From: a virus
Reading direction: 5' to 3' (one strand)
Length of the DNA stretch: 47,425 bases
IMG/VR virus record: IMGVR_UViG_3300007351_000018
Part shown: positions 25,857 through 34,249 of the stretch, piece by piece
Layout: every line of letters begins with the position of its first letter
Numbering within the stretch: position 1 is the stretch's first letter
The notes under the pieces: model-generated
What the model saw: the letters and a program-made list of their open reading frames with translations, nothing else
Database searches by the model: none
What the model was told of the DNA's origin: nothing
Made by a program: the position numbers and the translations under genes

Positions 25857-26027
25857 CTACTCTGCTTTATAAATTAATACATTTAAGTAATGACATCTAT
25901 TACAAGTCTTCTCTATTACCACTACTTTCAAATCTTCGGGTATGTTGGTGGATGGTGCGTGTATCACTAACCCTCGCTTTAGTTCGTCAAACTTCTTCCC
26001 GCAATTTCCACATCGGATATCGGTCAT
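25857..26027 (-). CDS. Hypothetical 56-aa zinc-ribbon protein (last gene of the sugar operon)
   Basis: MTDIRCGNCGKKFDELKRG...KTCNRCHYLNV...; ATGA overlap with the upstream ORF. Confidence 0.4.
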   Translation of the reverse strand: MTDIRCGNCGKKFDELKRGLVIHAPSTNIPEDLKVVVIEKTCNRCHYLNVLIYKAE

Positions 26028-26209
26028 CTTTTAACCCTTGATTCAGGCGGGGTCATGGACTTGTTCAACATACCAGTCTGCGGGTCACGGTAAAGGGATT
26101 TCTTATCATCCTTCTTCTCTACGATTACCACCTTACCCAACCTCTCCAGTAACAAGAAAACACAAAAGCATAATGCTATTGTAGAAAAAATTAAACTAAC
26201 TATAACCAT
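26024..26209 (-). CDS. Small single-pass membrane protein
   Basis: MVIVSLIFSTIALCFCVFLLL... then a charged tail; overlaps the neuA-like stop. Confidence 0.45.
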   Translation of the reverse strand: MVIVSLIFSTIALCFCVFLLLERLGKVVIVEKKDDKKSLYRDPQTGMLNKSMTPPESRVKR

Positions 26210-26831
26210 GTAGCCCTCCGTTTTTCAATATACTTCCCGCTATGAAAACGTCATCCATGTCATCAACATCAACACTCCTGTATGATGGCATCACATATTC
26301 GATTACGTTATCGCTCCATAGCTTACCTTTGTTGAGTAAATCCCTGCGTGTTATGAATATCGCACCATTCCTCTGAAAGTGTGCTTTGTCTGTTGCTTTG
26401 TTGAATCTTTTGTCCTTAGTTTTCAATCTCAGTAAATATCCCGAATACAAACTATCGGACTCTATCAACTGGTTATCATTAAAACATTCAATAGCCCCGT
26501 CAATGTCGTTCACTGTCCGTAACGGGCTTGTGGGCTGTAATAACATTATCGCATCCACACACTTGTCAAACATGAGTTCATATTGCTCTATCGCATACGG
26601 CAACCATGTGAATATATCTTCCTTCTTACCCTTACTCATTTTGGAAGGGCGTATGATACCGTATGTTTTATATTCAGTGTACTTATCAGTGAAAACGAAC
26701 CAGTCATCAAGCATACTTTTTTCTGCTGCTTGTATTGTGTACTCTATCATCGGCTTACCACATAAAGGATATATGTTCTTGTCCTTTATGCCCTTTGAAC
26801 CTCCACGGGCTGGTATAATACCAAGTATCAT
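26196..26831 (-). CDS. neuA: N-acylneuraminate (nonulosonate) cytidylyltransferase, CMP-NulO synthetase
   Basis: ILGIIPARGGSKGIKDKNI, LLQPTSPLRT, QRNGAIFIT, VDVDDMDDVFIA: all hallmark CTP_transf_3 motifs. Confidence 0.85.
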   Translation of the reverse strand: MILGIIPARGGSKGIKDKNIYPLCGKPMIEYTIQAAEKSMLDDWFVFTDKYTEYKTYGIIRPSKMSKGKKEDIFTWLPYAIEQYELMFDKCVDAIMLLQPTSPLRTVNDIDGAIECFNDNQLIESDSLYSGYLLRLKTKDKRFNKATDKAHFQRNGAIFITRRDLLNKGKLWSDNVIEYVMPSYRSVDVDDMDDVFIAGSILKNGGLHGYS

Positions 26832-27934
26832 AATTCCTCCAATATCTTGATAATTTTCTCTCCTGCCGTACCATCTCCAAACGTATAATCTCTCGCGTGT
26901 TTCTTGCCTATCATCTTTTCCGCATAATCAAATATCTCGCCTGATGAATAACCCACCCTTACAGTATTAAAACCGTGTTCTCGTTTATCCTGTCGTGTGC
27001 CTATGCATACATAAGGAACTCCAAGATATGAACCTTCTCTTATACCTGAACTGGAATTACCTATGAACAACGAACAGTTATTTATCAGCTTATAAAACTT
27101 CAACGGCGGTAAATTCTTCACGAACCTTATCTTGTCACACAACCCCAGTTCACGCATCTTCCTGATATAACCTGAAATCTCGTCATTCCCCGCGTCTATG
27201 TTAGGCCAAAACCATACTGTCTGGATATCCAACTTATTCACCGCAGTCAATATCTCATTGGCTTGGAACTCACCTTCTCCGTATTCTCTTGTGTTGGGAT
27301 GAAACATCACAACAATATACGGCTTTGTCAAGTCGATTTCAGCACCCACACCACCATACAAATGGGAATCGTTTATATCTTCGGGCTTGTGTGTCAGGTC
27401 TACCCCTGCAATCAAATCTATGGACGGGCATCCGACATTATATACCTTGTCTTTACCCATGGCCCTTATCCTGTCGGCACTCTTTTCTGTTGCGGGGAAA
27501 TGTATGTCGGCAAGTTGTGTGATAGCGTTTCTTACCTTATCATCAATACTTCCCGTTTCCTCCCCGCCCTGCGTATGTACAAGGGGAATATTCATGTAAG
27601 AGGCTGCTGTCGCCACCGCCATCTGTTCATACCTATCGGCGTGTGCAATCACTATATCAGGCTTTAATCGTTCCAAAGCATTACATATCTCTATCAGGAA
27701 AAATCCCGTTGACAGCCCCATTATGTGGGGAGTGTCACCCTCTACCTTGTAATGGATTTTCTCATTGGGGATAAACCCCTCATTCTCCATTACCTCAACA
27801 GCCTCACCATACTTGTCCAATAACATTGAACCAGCAGCGATTATCTGCAAGGTATGTGACTCTTTTATCTTTTGAGCAACCGCTTTCATCCTGCCCCACG
27901 GCGCACGATTCGTAACCGCTAAAAGTATCTTCAC
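26828..27934 (-). CDS. neuC: UDP-N-acetylglucosamine 2-epimerase (hydrolysing), NeuC-type
   Basis: MKILLAVTNRAPWGRMK..., HADRYEQMAVATAA, VHTQGGEETGSIDDKVRNAITQLADIHF: parallels the NeuC/SiaA GDR-E...GGE-SG-DD-IR motifs. Confidence 0.8.
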   Translation of the reverse strand: MKILLAVTNRAPWGRMKAVAQKIKESHTLQIIAAGSMLLDKYGEAVEVMENEGFIPNEKIHYKVEGDTPHIMGLSTGFFLIEICNALERLKPDIVIAHADRYEQMAVATAASYMNIPLVHTQGGEETGSIDDKVRNAITQLADIHFPATEKSADRIRAMGKDKVYNVGCPSIDLIAGVDLTHKPEDINDSHLYGGVGAEIDLTKPYIVVMFHPNTREYGEGEFQANEILTAVNKLDIQTVWFWPNIDAGNDEISGYIRKMRELGLCDKIRFVKNLPPLKFYKLINNCSLFIGNSSSGIREGSYLGVPYVCIGTRQDKREHGFNTVRVGYSSGEIFDYAEKMIGKKHARDYTFGDGTAGEKIIKILEEL

Positions 27935-29040
27935 TGTGGCCCTCTTAAAATATGATTCAGTACATCACTATAAGCACCCGAAGCACCCTGCATTTGTGCT
28001 GTGTGTATGTCGCAATTCTTAATAGTTTCATCCAACTGTGTGAATGTAGGCACGAGTTTATTCAATTCCATATGCTTATGTTTTATCAACCGTTCCACTT
28101 CTTCACGCGATTGTGAGTTTAGAGCATCTGTCGCACCAGTGATATATCCTTCGGTGTTTCGCAGTTGTCTGTAAATCTCATCACGCTTAAACTCTGCCGT
28201 TGCCCTCTGTGTATGTAATGCACCACCCTTTGGCTTTAGATCGGTTATACGCTGTTTGACAAGCACGCAAGCCTTATTGTCGGATTCAAAACCGTACAGT
28301 AAGCCTCCAGGATTCGATAATAGGTCACATTCGGGAGGCTGGTAATACTTTATACCCATGCACTGTAAGAAGAACACCCACGATTCTACGGATGGCCTTT
28401 GGAAACTATACTCCGAGTCCGTTGCCATGTTAACGCCATAGATATGTACCTCTTTGAATCCTTCATACCATGCCAAAGCTATCATCCATGAAATCTGATT
28501 AGTAAAATACCTATAACCAAACGGTACTACTTCTTTCAGTTTGTTCAGAATATCGTCTTTGGGGTATGGTACAGTTCCTGGCATATCGTCATAGTGATCC
28601 CATGTATAAATGGGTATCTTAGCACTCTTTAACCATTTCTGATGTTCCGGCCTCTGTTTACTAGGTGAGTTCCGTATATCGTGTATCTCGAACCATCTAT
28701 CGGCTCTACCATTAGGTATTGATTGCAGATACTTGTAAAGTTCGTTTATGCCCCAAATCTCAAACGATGGGTCATTATATGGTGCTTTGTTCCATGAGTT
28801 AGCAAATCCCACTATTGCCACCTTATCGGTTTTGCGTGGCAGTTTAATATACTTTTTCGTGGGTAGTATTTCTTCCCATTCTTTCGGTAGCTTTTGTGCA
28901 AATCCCACCGCACGTTTCATCTGTTCTGTGTTCAAGGGTGATTCCCTTAATTGCTGTGGCGGTATTGCGGGGTCTGATATCTTAACCTTACCTTCCTGTA
29001 CTTCCTTAACAACAGCTTCAACATCTTTCTTTGTTGACAT
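27931..29040 (-). CDS. Orphan 369-aa protein; candidate nonulosonate (sialyl-type) transferase
   Basis: Sits between neuB and neuC with overlapping stops and starts. KVAIVGFANSWNK...FEIWGINELY and FTNQISWMIALAWYEGFKEVHIYGVNMA recall the nucleotide-sugar fold pattern of CstII-type (GT42) and Maf/DUF115 transferases, from memory rather than alignment. Coiled-coil C-terminus. Confidence 0.35.
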   Translation of the reverse strand: MSTKKDVEAVVKEVQEGKVKISDPAIPPQQLRESPLNTEQMKRAVGFAQKLPKEWEEILPTKKYIKLPRKTDKVAIVGFANSWNKAPYNDPSFEIWGINELYKYLQSIPNGRADRWFEIHDIRNSPSKQRPEHQKWLKSAKIPIYTWDHYDDMPGTVPYPKDDILNKLKEVVPFGYRYFTNQISWMIALAWYEGFKEVHIYGVNMATDSEYSFQRPSVESWVFFLQCMGIKYYQPPECDLLSNPGGLLYGFESDNKACVLVKQRITDLKPKGGALHTQRATAEFKRDEIYRQLRNTEGYITGATDALNSQSREEVERLIKHKHMELNKLVPTFTQLDETIKNCDIHTAQMQGASGAYSDVLNHILRGPQ

Positions 29041-29383
29041 TACCTACCTCCATCTTTTTTTGTATGATTTGCTCATAAGAGTGTAAATCACAATGTATAT
29101 GTGCGTTTTCTATAAAGAGTTGAACGATTTTATTAGAACCTTTTTGAAGTTTTGCCTTAACAATAAAATTAACAATCTCAAATTCTTTCTCATCAATTTT
29201 ATTAGCCTTATCAAACCCCAATATCAACATATCACGGTCTTTAACATAAGCACTTTCCACATAAATATAGGAATCAGGGTCAAATTCTTCCAACCTCAAT
29301 TCATGTTCTTTCCCTAAATGTTCCTTTAATTCTTTAATATCTTTAAATTCCTTCTTACACCTATGACAAATCACCCCATCCAC
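29018..29383 (-). CDS. Hypothetical protein with an N-terminal C2H2-like zinc finger
   Basis: CHRCKKEFKDIKELKEHLGKEH. Confidence 0.4.
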   Translation of the reverse strand: MDGVICHRCKKEFKDIKELKEHLGKEHELRLEEFDPDSYIYVESAYVKDRDMLILGFDKANKIDEKEFEIVNFIVKAKLQKGSNKIVQLFIENAHIHCDLHSYEQIIQKKMEVGNVNKERC

Positions 29384-30102
29384 CTCATCTTATAAATTTG
29401 ACATTTATCTAAATAATTTCGATAATCAACAAGTTCCTTAAATTCGTCTGGTGTGCTACTGAATAAGTGGTCTTTGCCAGGAAGATACTTCCCAAGCGTG
29501 TAATGTCTTTCCAACCACTCCACACCTTGTTTTATGGCCTTTTTCGCACACTCAATGTCAGGTGTGTGGTCTGAAAACCCGCCAAGTAGCGTCATCTTAT
29601 CAAAGTCAACTTCGCTTTTGGGCGCAGGATAACGTGATATACAGTATAAAAGTGATACATTAGGGTATTGGCTTAACTTATATATGTTTTTATCGTCCGT
29701 CATACCTGTACTGATTATCACATGGTTAAAATATTGGATGCAAAAATCCACCAACCTATCATTATCAGCGTCAGGAGAGGCAATTTTAACTGTATCGCAC
29801 CCCAACACGCCAATAACCAGTGCCAATTCCTTTGAAAATATCGTAAAAAGAGGTTTAACCCCACTTTCCTTGCACTTTTCCACGATAAAGGAGTAATCAT
29901 CATTCTGTAATTCAACTTTTTTGTAGTAATCATAAGATTTTTCAAAGTCAGGCCAGTTTTTATTAAGATTATCAGCTTTAAATGCTTGGAATTTTATGTA
30001 ATCAATCCCTATTTTACCAGCTTGGATTATCATTTCTTCCATGAATTGCCTATTGCCTAGATGGTTGCAACAGGCATCGGCTATGATTTTTGTCATATTC
30101 AC
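29371..30102 (-). CDS. neuB: N-acetylneuraminate (nonulosonate) synthase, NeuB catalytic TIM-barrel domain only
   Basis: IIADACCNHLGN...IDYIKFQAF, VKIASPDADN, IISTGMT, YCISRYPAP, GFSDHTPD, WLERHYTL: NeuB family landmarks. At 243 aa there is no C-terminal SAF/antifreeze-like domain. Confidence 0.75.
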   Translation of the reverse strand: MNMTKIIADACCNHLGNRQFMEEMIIQAGKIGIDYIKFQAFKADNLNKNWPDFEKSYDYYKKVELQNDDYSFIVEKCKESGVKPLFTIFSKELALVIGVLGCDTVKIASPDADNDRLVDFCIQYFNHVIISTGMTDDKNIYKLSQYPNVSLLYCISRYPAPKSEVDFDKMTLLGGFSDHTPDIECAKKAIKQGVEWLERHYTLGKYLPGKDHLFSSTPDEFKELVDYRNYLDKCQIYKMRWMG

Positions 30103-30103
30103 C

Positions 30104-31015
30104 TCACAAATTTATTAATGGGGATTTCAGTCCATCAAATCGGTATTTTATGTCGTAGTTTGCCATTGCTGTATCGTCCCACGCGCTTAAAAATCTCTTG
30201 TATTTCTCAACATCGGGCTTTATGAACTGTGGTGTCTGCGGTTCACACTTTTTAAAGAAACAATATAGCTTCTCACCCATGCTCTCAAAGTAAGTATAGG
30301 TTGCGTGTTCCCTGAATCCGCACTTTAACATTAGTTGGACAAGTGTTAATTGTGAAAAAGCGAACAAATGAGCGCAGGACATGAAAGCATCTACCGCCAA
30401 CCAATGCACACAAGTTAATACATTGGGTACGGATATCAACAAAAGTCCGTCATCTGTCAATATATTTCTTGCTTTTTGTATCACGCTTATGGGATCATAC
30501 AAATGTTCAAGAGTATTTTGCAGACTTATCAGGTCATACTTGGATGCAGGATTAAATTCCTCTATTGTCGTATTGGCTACATCTAAATTATTCTCTCTTG
30601 CTATCTCGTAGGTTTTCTTATTAGGTTCTATACCAAAAGCGTCATACTCTTTGCAACCCTCCAGAAATGTCCCTACCGCACATCCGATATCAAGCACTTT
30701 CGCACCACGTTTCACGCCAACGTCTTTCATACATTCCAAAGCGTGCCTTGCGTGCAGATGTATGCTTGCATTAAAACTCGTAGCCTTGCCGTATATGTTC
30801 CTGTAATCGTTCTCGTAAAAGTCTATGAGTTCCTGTCTATCCATTCTATTAACAACATATATGAGACCACAACCACGGCAAATAACATTAGTGCCGTTAA
30901 GAATGTTACCAAGGTTATCACGGATAACCACACTCCTTAATATCCCCTTCTTCTCTCGTTCTATCTTATCCCATATGACTTCATAATCAGTGGACCCGCA
31001 GAGAATACAACTCAT
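30104..31015 (-). CDS. Class I SAM-dependent methyltransferase with an N-terminal zinc ribbon
   Basis: CILCGS...CRGCG; SAM motif I KVLDIGCAVGTFLE; ...LISLQNTLEHLYDP...GLLLISVPN. Confidence 0.75.
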   Translation of the reverse strand: MSCILCGSTDYEVIWDKIEREKKGILRSVVIRDNLGNILNGTNVICRGCGLIYVVNRMDRQELIDFYENDYRNIYGKATSFNASIHLHARHALECMKDVGVKRGAKVLDIGCAVGTFLEGCKEYDAFGIEPNKKTYEIARENNLDVANTTIEEFNPASKYDLISLQNTLEHLYDPISVIQKARNILTDDGLLLISVPNVLTCVHWLAVDAFMSCAHLFAFSQLTLVQLMLKCGFREHATYTYFESMGEKLYCFFKKCEPQTPQFIKPDVEKYKRFLSAWDDTAMANYDIKYRFDGLKSPLINL

Positions 31016-31356
31016 ACGGTTTCCCTCTCCACTTTGATATTTTTTGTATTATAATAATTTATAACTCGAAATACGTCCCCGCTTTTCATCGTAACAATAA
31101 TATCATTACCTGAAACTTCCGCATTTTCAACCTTGTCATTTTCTTTATACCTTATTGCGTTTACCATTTCGGGGTGTGGTTTCAACGCCAAGACGTTCCC
31201 ATTAAAATATATTTCATTGCCTCTTATACCGATGTTCTGGTCAGTGTACCTTATTGGATTTTCTAGATCGTATACTTTCCTTTCTAATTTTTCTACTCTT
31301 CCTCTTAATTCAAAAAACTCCTTTGTTAATACCGCTAATTCATATTTGCTAGACAT
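31012..31356 (-). CDS. Hypothetical protein (114 aa)
   Basis: ORF with an ATGA overlap to the methyltransferase gene. Confidence 0.4.
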   Translation of the reverse strand: MSSKYELAVLTKEFFELRGRVEKLERKVYDLENPIRYTDQNIGIRGNEIYFNGNVLALKPHPEMVNAIRYKENDKVENAEVSGNDIIVTMKSGDVFRVINYYNTKNIKVERETV

Positions 31357-32189
31357 AATCCCTCCAAATACTTTCTCATTTGTTCTGCAATATAAATATC
31401 AGTCAACCTTCTAGCGTCCTTCGAGTTCCCCCCGACATGGGGTGTCTGGATAGCACCAGGTATTTCCACATCATTAAGGAAATCGTCTGCATAGTAGATG
31501 TACTCGTTTTCAATGAATGGTATCAACTCGTCAACCTTTATAACGCCCTGCCGTGAAGTGTTCACCAACAATGCGCCAGGTTTCATCAGTTCAAAATCTG
31601 CCTTACCAAACATCCCTTCATTACCCTTCAAGGGAATGTTTATCGTTATAACGTCTGAATTGCCTAAGATGTATTCGTAGTAGTCATGGTAAAACATACC
31701 GTAACTTTTCTCTTGTTTCCTGTCTATGTCGTAGATTGTCATACCGAAAGCATCCGCATACTTGCCTATCATCTTACCCAGTCTGCCATAACCTATAATG
31801 CCTATCATCTTGTCTTTTAACTGTAACCGTGCTTTTTTCGCCAACTGCAATATCAGCGACCATGTATGCTCTGCGGTAGAGGTTATCTTCTTGCCCTCTG
31901 TTGCTTTCCACTCATCGTCAAGGTGAATGACCTTCGGTGCTTTGATGTGTTCAACTGAAGTACAGGGGCAAAAAACTGGTAGATTAGTTTTAATCGGTGT
32001 CAATTGTGTATAGACTGCGGAATAAACATTTTCATTAAGTCCGTAGAATTGAAGATACTCAAACTCTGCAATATCCTCAATAACTTTCTGTGCATCCTGA
32101 TGAATCTTGTCCAACATCAGAATCTTCGTTTTCCTCACACCCTTCCAATAAACTTTCAGCAGGATAAACCGATATAAAAACCCTTGCAA
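31335..32189 (-). CDS. D-isomer-specific 2-hydroxyacid dehydrogenase family, NAD-binding
   Basis: IGIIGYGRLGKMIGKYADAFGMTIYDID (GxGxxG then acidic residue), LLVNTSRQGVI, TPHVGG. The probable start is the ATG at 32117 (MLDKIHQD...). Confidence 0.7.
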   Translation of the reverse strand: MQGFLYRFILLKVYWKGVRKTKILMLDKIHQDAQKVIEDIAEFEYLQFYGLNENVYSAVYTQLTPIKTNLPVFCPCTSVEHIKAPKVIHLDDEWKATEGKKITSTAEHTWSLILQLAKKARLQLKDKMIGIIGYGRLGKMIGKYADAFGMTIYDIDRKQEKSYGMFYHDYYEYILGNSDVITINIPLKGNEGMFGKADFELMKPGALLVNTSRQGVIKVDELIPFIENEYIYYADDFLNDVEIPGAIQTPHVGGNSKDARRLTDIYIAEQMRKYLEGLCLANMN

Positions 32190-32550
32190 ATCTATTAAGG
32201 TTTCGTTCCATCTCTAGTTCATAATTTGCCCAGTGGTCTTTGGATAAGTGTTCCTCTATCCAATCATCAAGCGTTATGTGTATAATGTGCATCATTTCAT
32301 GTATCAGGACATTGTACCACCCAAAGGATTCAAAGTCTGATGTCTTAGTATCTATTAAGTCTGTATTGAGGTATATGACGGAGTGCATATTCTGCTTATC
32401 CATGACGTTACAACCTTCTGACTTTTTACCGTATATACCCTGCATCTCATGGTCATTGATTAATCGTAGGCTTATATCCCAATCCTGAATCCGCATGATA
32501 CATTGAAGTATCTCTATCATTTCTTCAAACTTTTCTTTTGTCGGCAGCAT
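32077..32550 (-). CDS. HExxH zinc-metallopeptidase-like protein
   Basis: ...WYNVLIHEMMHIIH...; acidic C-terminal tail. Confidence 0.4.
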   Translation of the reverse strand: MLPTKEKFEEMIEILQCIMRIQDWDISLRLINDHEMQGIYGKKSEGCNVMDKQNMHSVIYLNTDLIDTKTSDFESFGWYNVLIHEMMHIIHITLDDWIEEHLSKDHWANYELEMERNLNRFARVFISVYPAESLLEGCEENEDSDVGQDSSGCTESY

Positions 32551-32552
32551 AG

Positions 32553-32693
32553 TTACCTCTTTTCCTTTTTGGCGTATTTACCGCTTCTCGATGGATTATC
32601 GTCATTGAAGTCATCTATGTCTATGCGTCTGTCGTGAAGGTCAACCTTCAAATCCCATATACCCAGCCATAAAGCTATAACACCTATGACCAT
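32553..32693 (-). CDS. Hypothetical 46-aa membrane protein
   Basis: MVIGVIALWLGIWDL... then a charged tail; lies between terL and the HExxH gene; below the ORF-track cutoff. Confidence 0.3.
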   Translation of the reverse strand: MVIGVIALWLGIWDLKVDLHDRRIDIDDFNDDNPSRSGKYAKKEKR

Positions 32694-32719
32694 GGCAATC
32701 AGTTCAAACCAACTCTGTA

Positions 32720-34249
32720 CTATTGGCACTTCCCTATCACCCTTACTCCGCTTTTCTCCAAGCGGTCGATTTCGTGTTCCTTATAACCTTTCAGTTTCAA
32801 CTCCGTATACAACCACTCACCCTTTAATGGTGCTGATGGTTCCGCACTCCTGCGTGGACGATGTACACAAAAACACCGTAAGCTATCAGGTAAGTGTGTT
32901 ATGTTATGAGGCTCTTTTGCAACATCATCAGGATCCTTGTCGGACTTCTGGATATTGTTCATACACTTCCACAACTTAGGGCAACTGCCCTTGTCAAAAG
33001 TCAGGTAAGCCGTTTTGTACTTATCGCCGGTCTGCTCATCCCTTAACTCAACAGGCAACAACCATTCTCGGACATTCATCCAACCCTTTACCCTGTCATT
33101 GGAGGTCTTGGTCAGCCTAATGCCATGCTCGATGAAAATATCTGCTGCACTCTTGCCCGTATCGTTCCTGCGATTCCATAAATCCGGCGGGGCATAATAA
33201 TGATGTATGTTTTCTTTCGTCAGCTTCGCAATAATCTTCGCCGCTTCCGATATGATCAAATTGGATTGTTCAAACTCTCTATAGACCCTTGCGAACCCCT
33301 GTTCATCAACGTAAATCCACAACACTGCCGTGGAATCTAAGCCGTAGTCTATGGTGACATACTTGCGATACCATTCGGGTATGGAACCAATACTGTCCTT
33401 CAAATGTACTTCTTCCTTCATCTGGAACGCGAACCCGCACAACGAACTAAACCGTCCGTACTGTCGTGCTTCACGTTCCTCTGGTGTCATGGTGGCAACG
33501 AGTTTATTTATCTCTTCCAGCGACAGCCAGGGGTTATCTTCCCATTCTACCAGCCAATACTTCACATCAGAGTCATTGTTCTCATTCAGATAGACCACGT
33601 TGTAAACAAACGTCAAACCTTTAAGCGGGGTCATGGTGAACCATATATCACCCCGTGTGTCCATGATCCTCATTTTACACTCGTCAAAGACTTCCTGTGT
33701 GGGTTCCTCGTCAAACCATATCCAACCCTGTGAGGTTCCCTGAAAACTCTCACGACCCTGCTCTACCGTCTTAAAGCCTATCGTCTGACCGTTCTTTAAA
33801 ATTATCTTATCTATGATGGCGTTTATCGGGTCATCCTTCTTGCCGTGTCTTACTATGATGTTCTTGATCTGTTCCTTCGGCAACCACCTTAAAATTTCTC
33901 GCTGTGCTACATCACGCTGGACTTCGTTAGTCAAACTCACTACCCAGCCGGATGAAGGTTTCAGCTCCCTGTACTTACTCCAGCCCATAGTATGACATAC
34001 GGCCTCTACCGCGCCCGCTACCGTCTTACCTACCCTGTTACCGCCGAATATGGCTTTTAATCTATGGGAATCAGTATGGAACTCAACTTGTTTCTTGTGT
34101 ATGCCCTTCCCCTTAAGCTGGCAGTAATCCTCATTATTGTAAAGAAGAAGCCTATTGTGTTGGGATTCCTTCTCAAATTCCTCTATGGCTTTATTGATTA
34201 ACTCGGCTGTTCTATCTTGCCAATATTTTAACTCTGCTTGTTTATCCAT
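32720..34249 (-). CDS. terL: Terminase large subunit
   Basis: Walker A-like FGGNRVGKTVAG, Walker B GWIWFDEE, C-terminal nuclease-type acidic motifs (VTIDYGLD...); 509 aa. Confidence 0.8.
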   Translation of the reverse strand: MDKQAELKYWQDRTAELINKAIEEFEKESQHNRLLLYNNEDYCQLKGKGIHKKQVEFHTDSHRLKAIFGGNRVGKTVAGAVEAVCHTMGWSKYRELKPSSGWVVSLTNEVQRDVAQREILRWLPKEQIKNIIVRHGKKDDPINAIIDKIILKNGQTIGFKTVEQGRESFQGTSQGWIWFDEEPTQEVFDECKMRIMDTRGDIWFTMTPLKGLTFVYNVVYLNENNDSDVKYWLVEWEDNPWLSLEEINKLVATMTPEEREARQYGRFSSLCGFAFQMKEEVHLKDSIGSIPEWYRKYVTIDYGLDSTAVLWIYVDEQGFARVYREFEQSNLIISEAAKIIAKLTKENIHHYYAPPDLWNRRNDTGKSAADIFIEHGIRLTKTSNDRVKGWMNVREWLLPVELRDEQTGDKYKTAYLTFDKGSCPKLWKCMNNIQKSDKDPDDVAKEPHNITHLPDSLRCFCVHRPRRSAEPSAPLKGEWLYTELKLKGYKEHEIDRLEKSGVRVIGKCQ

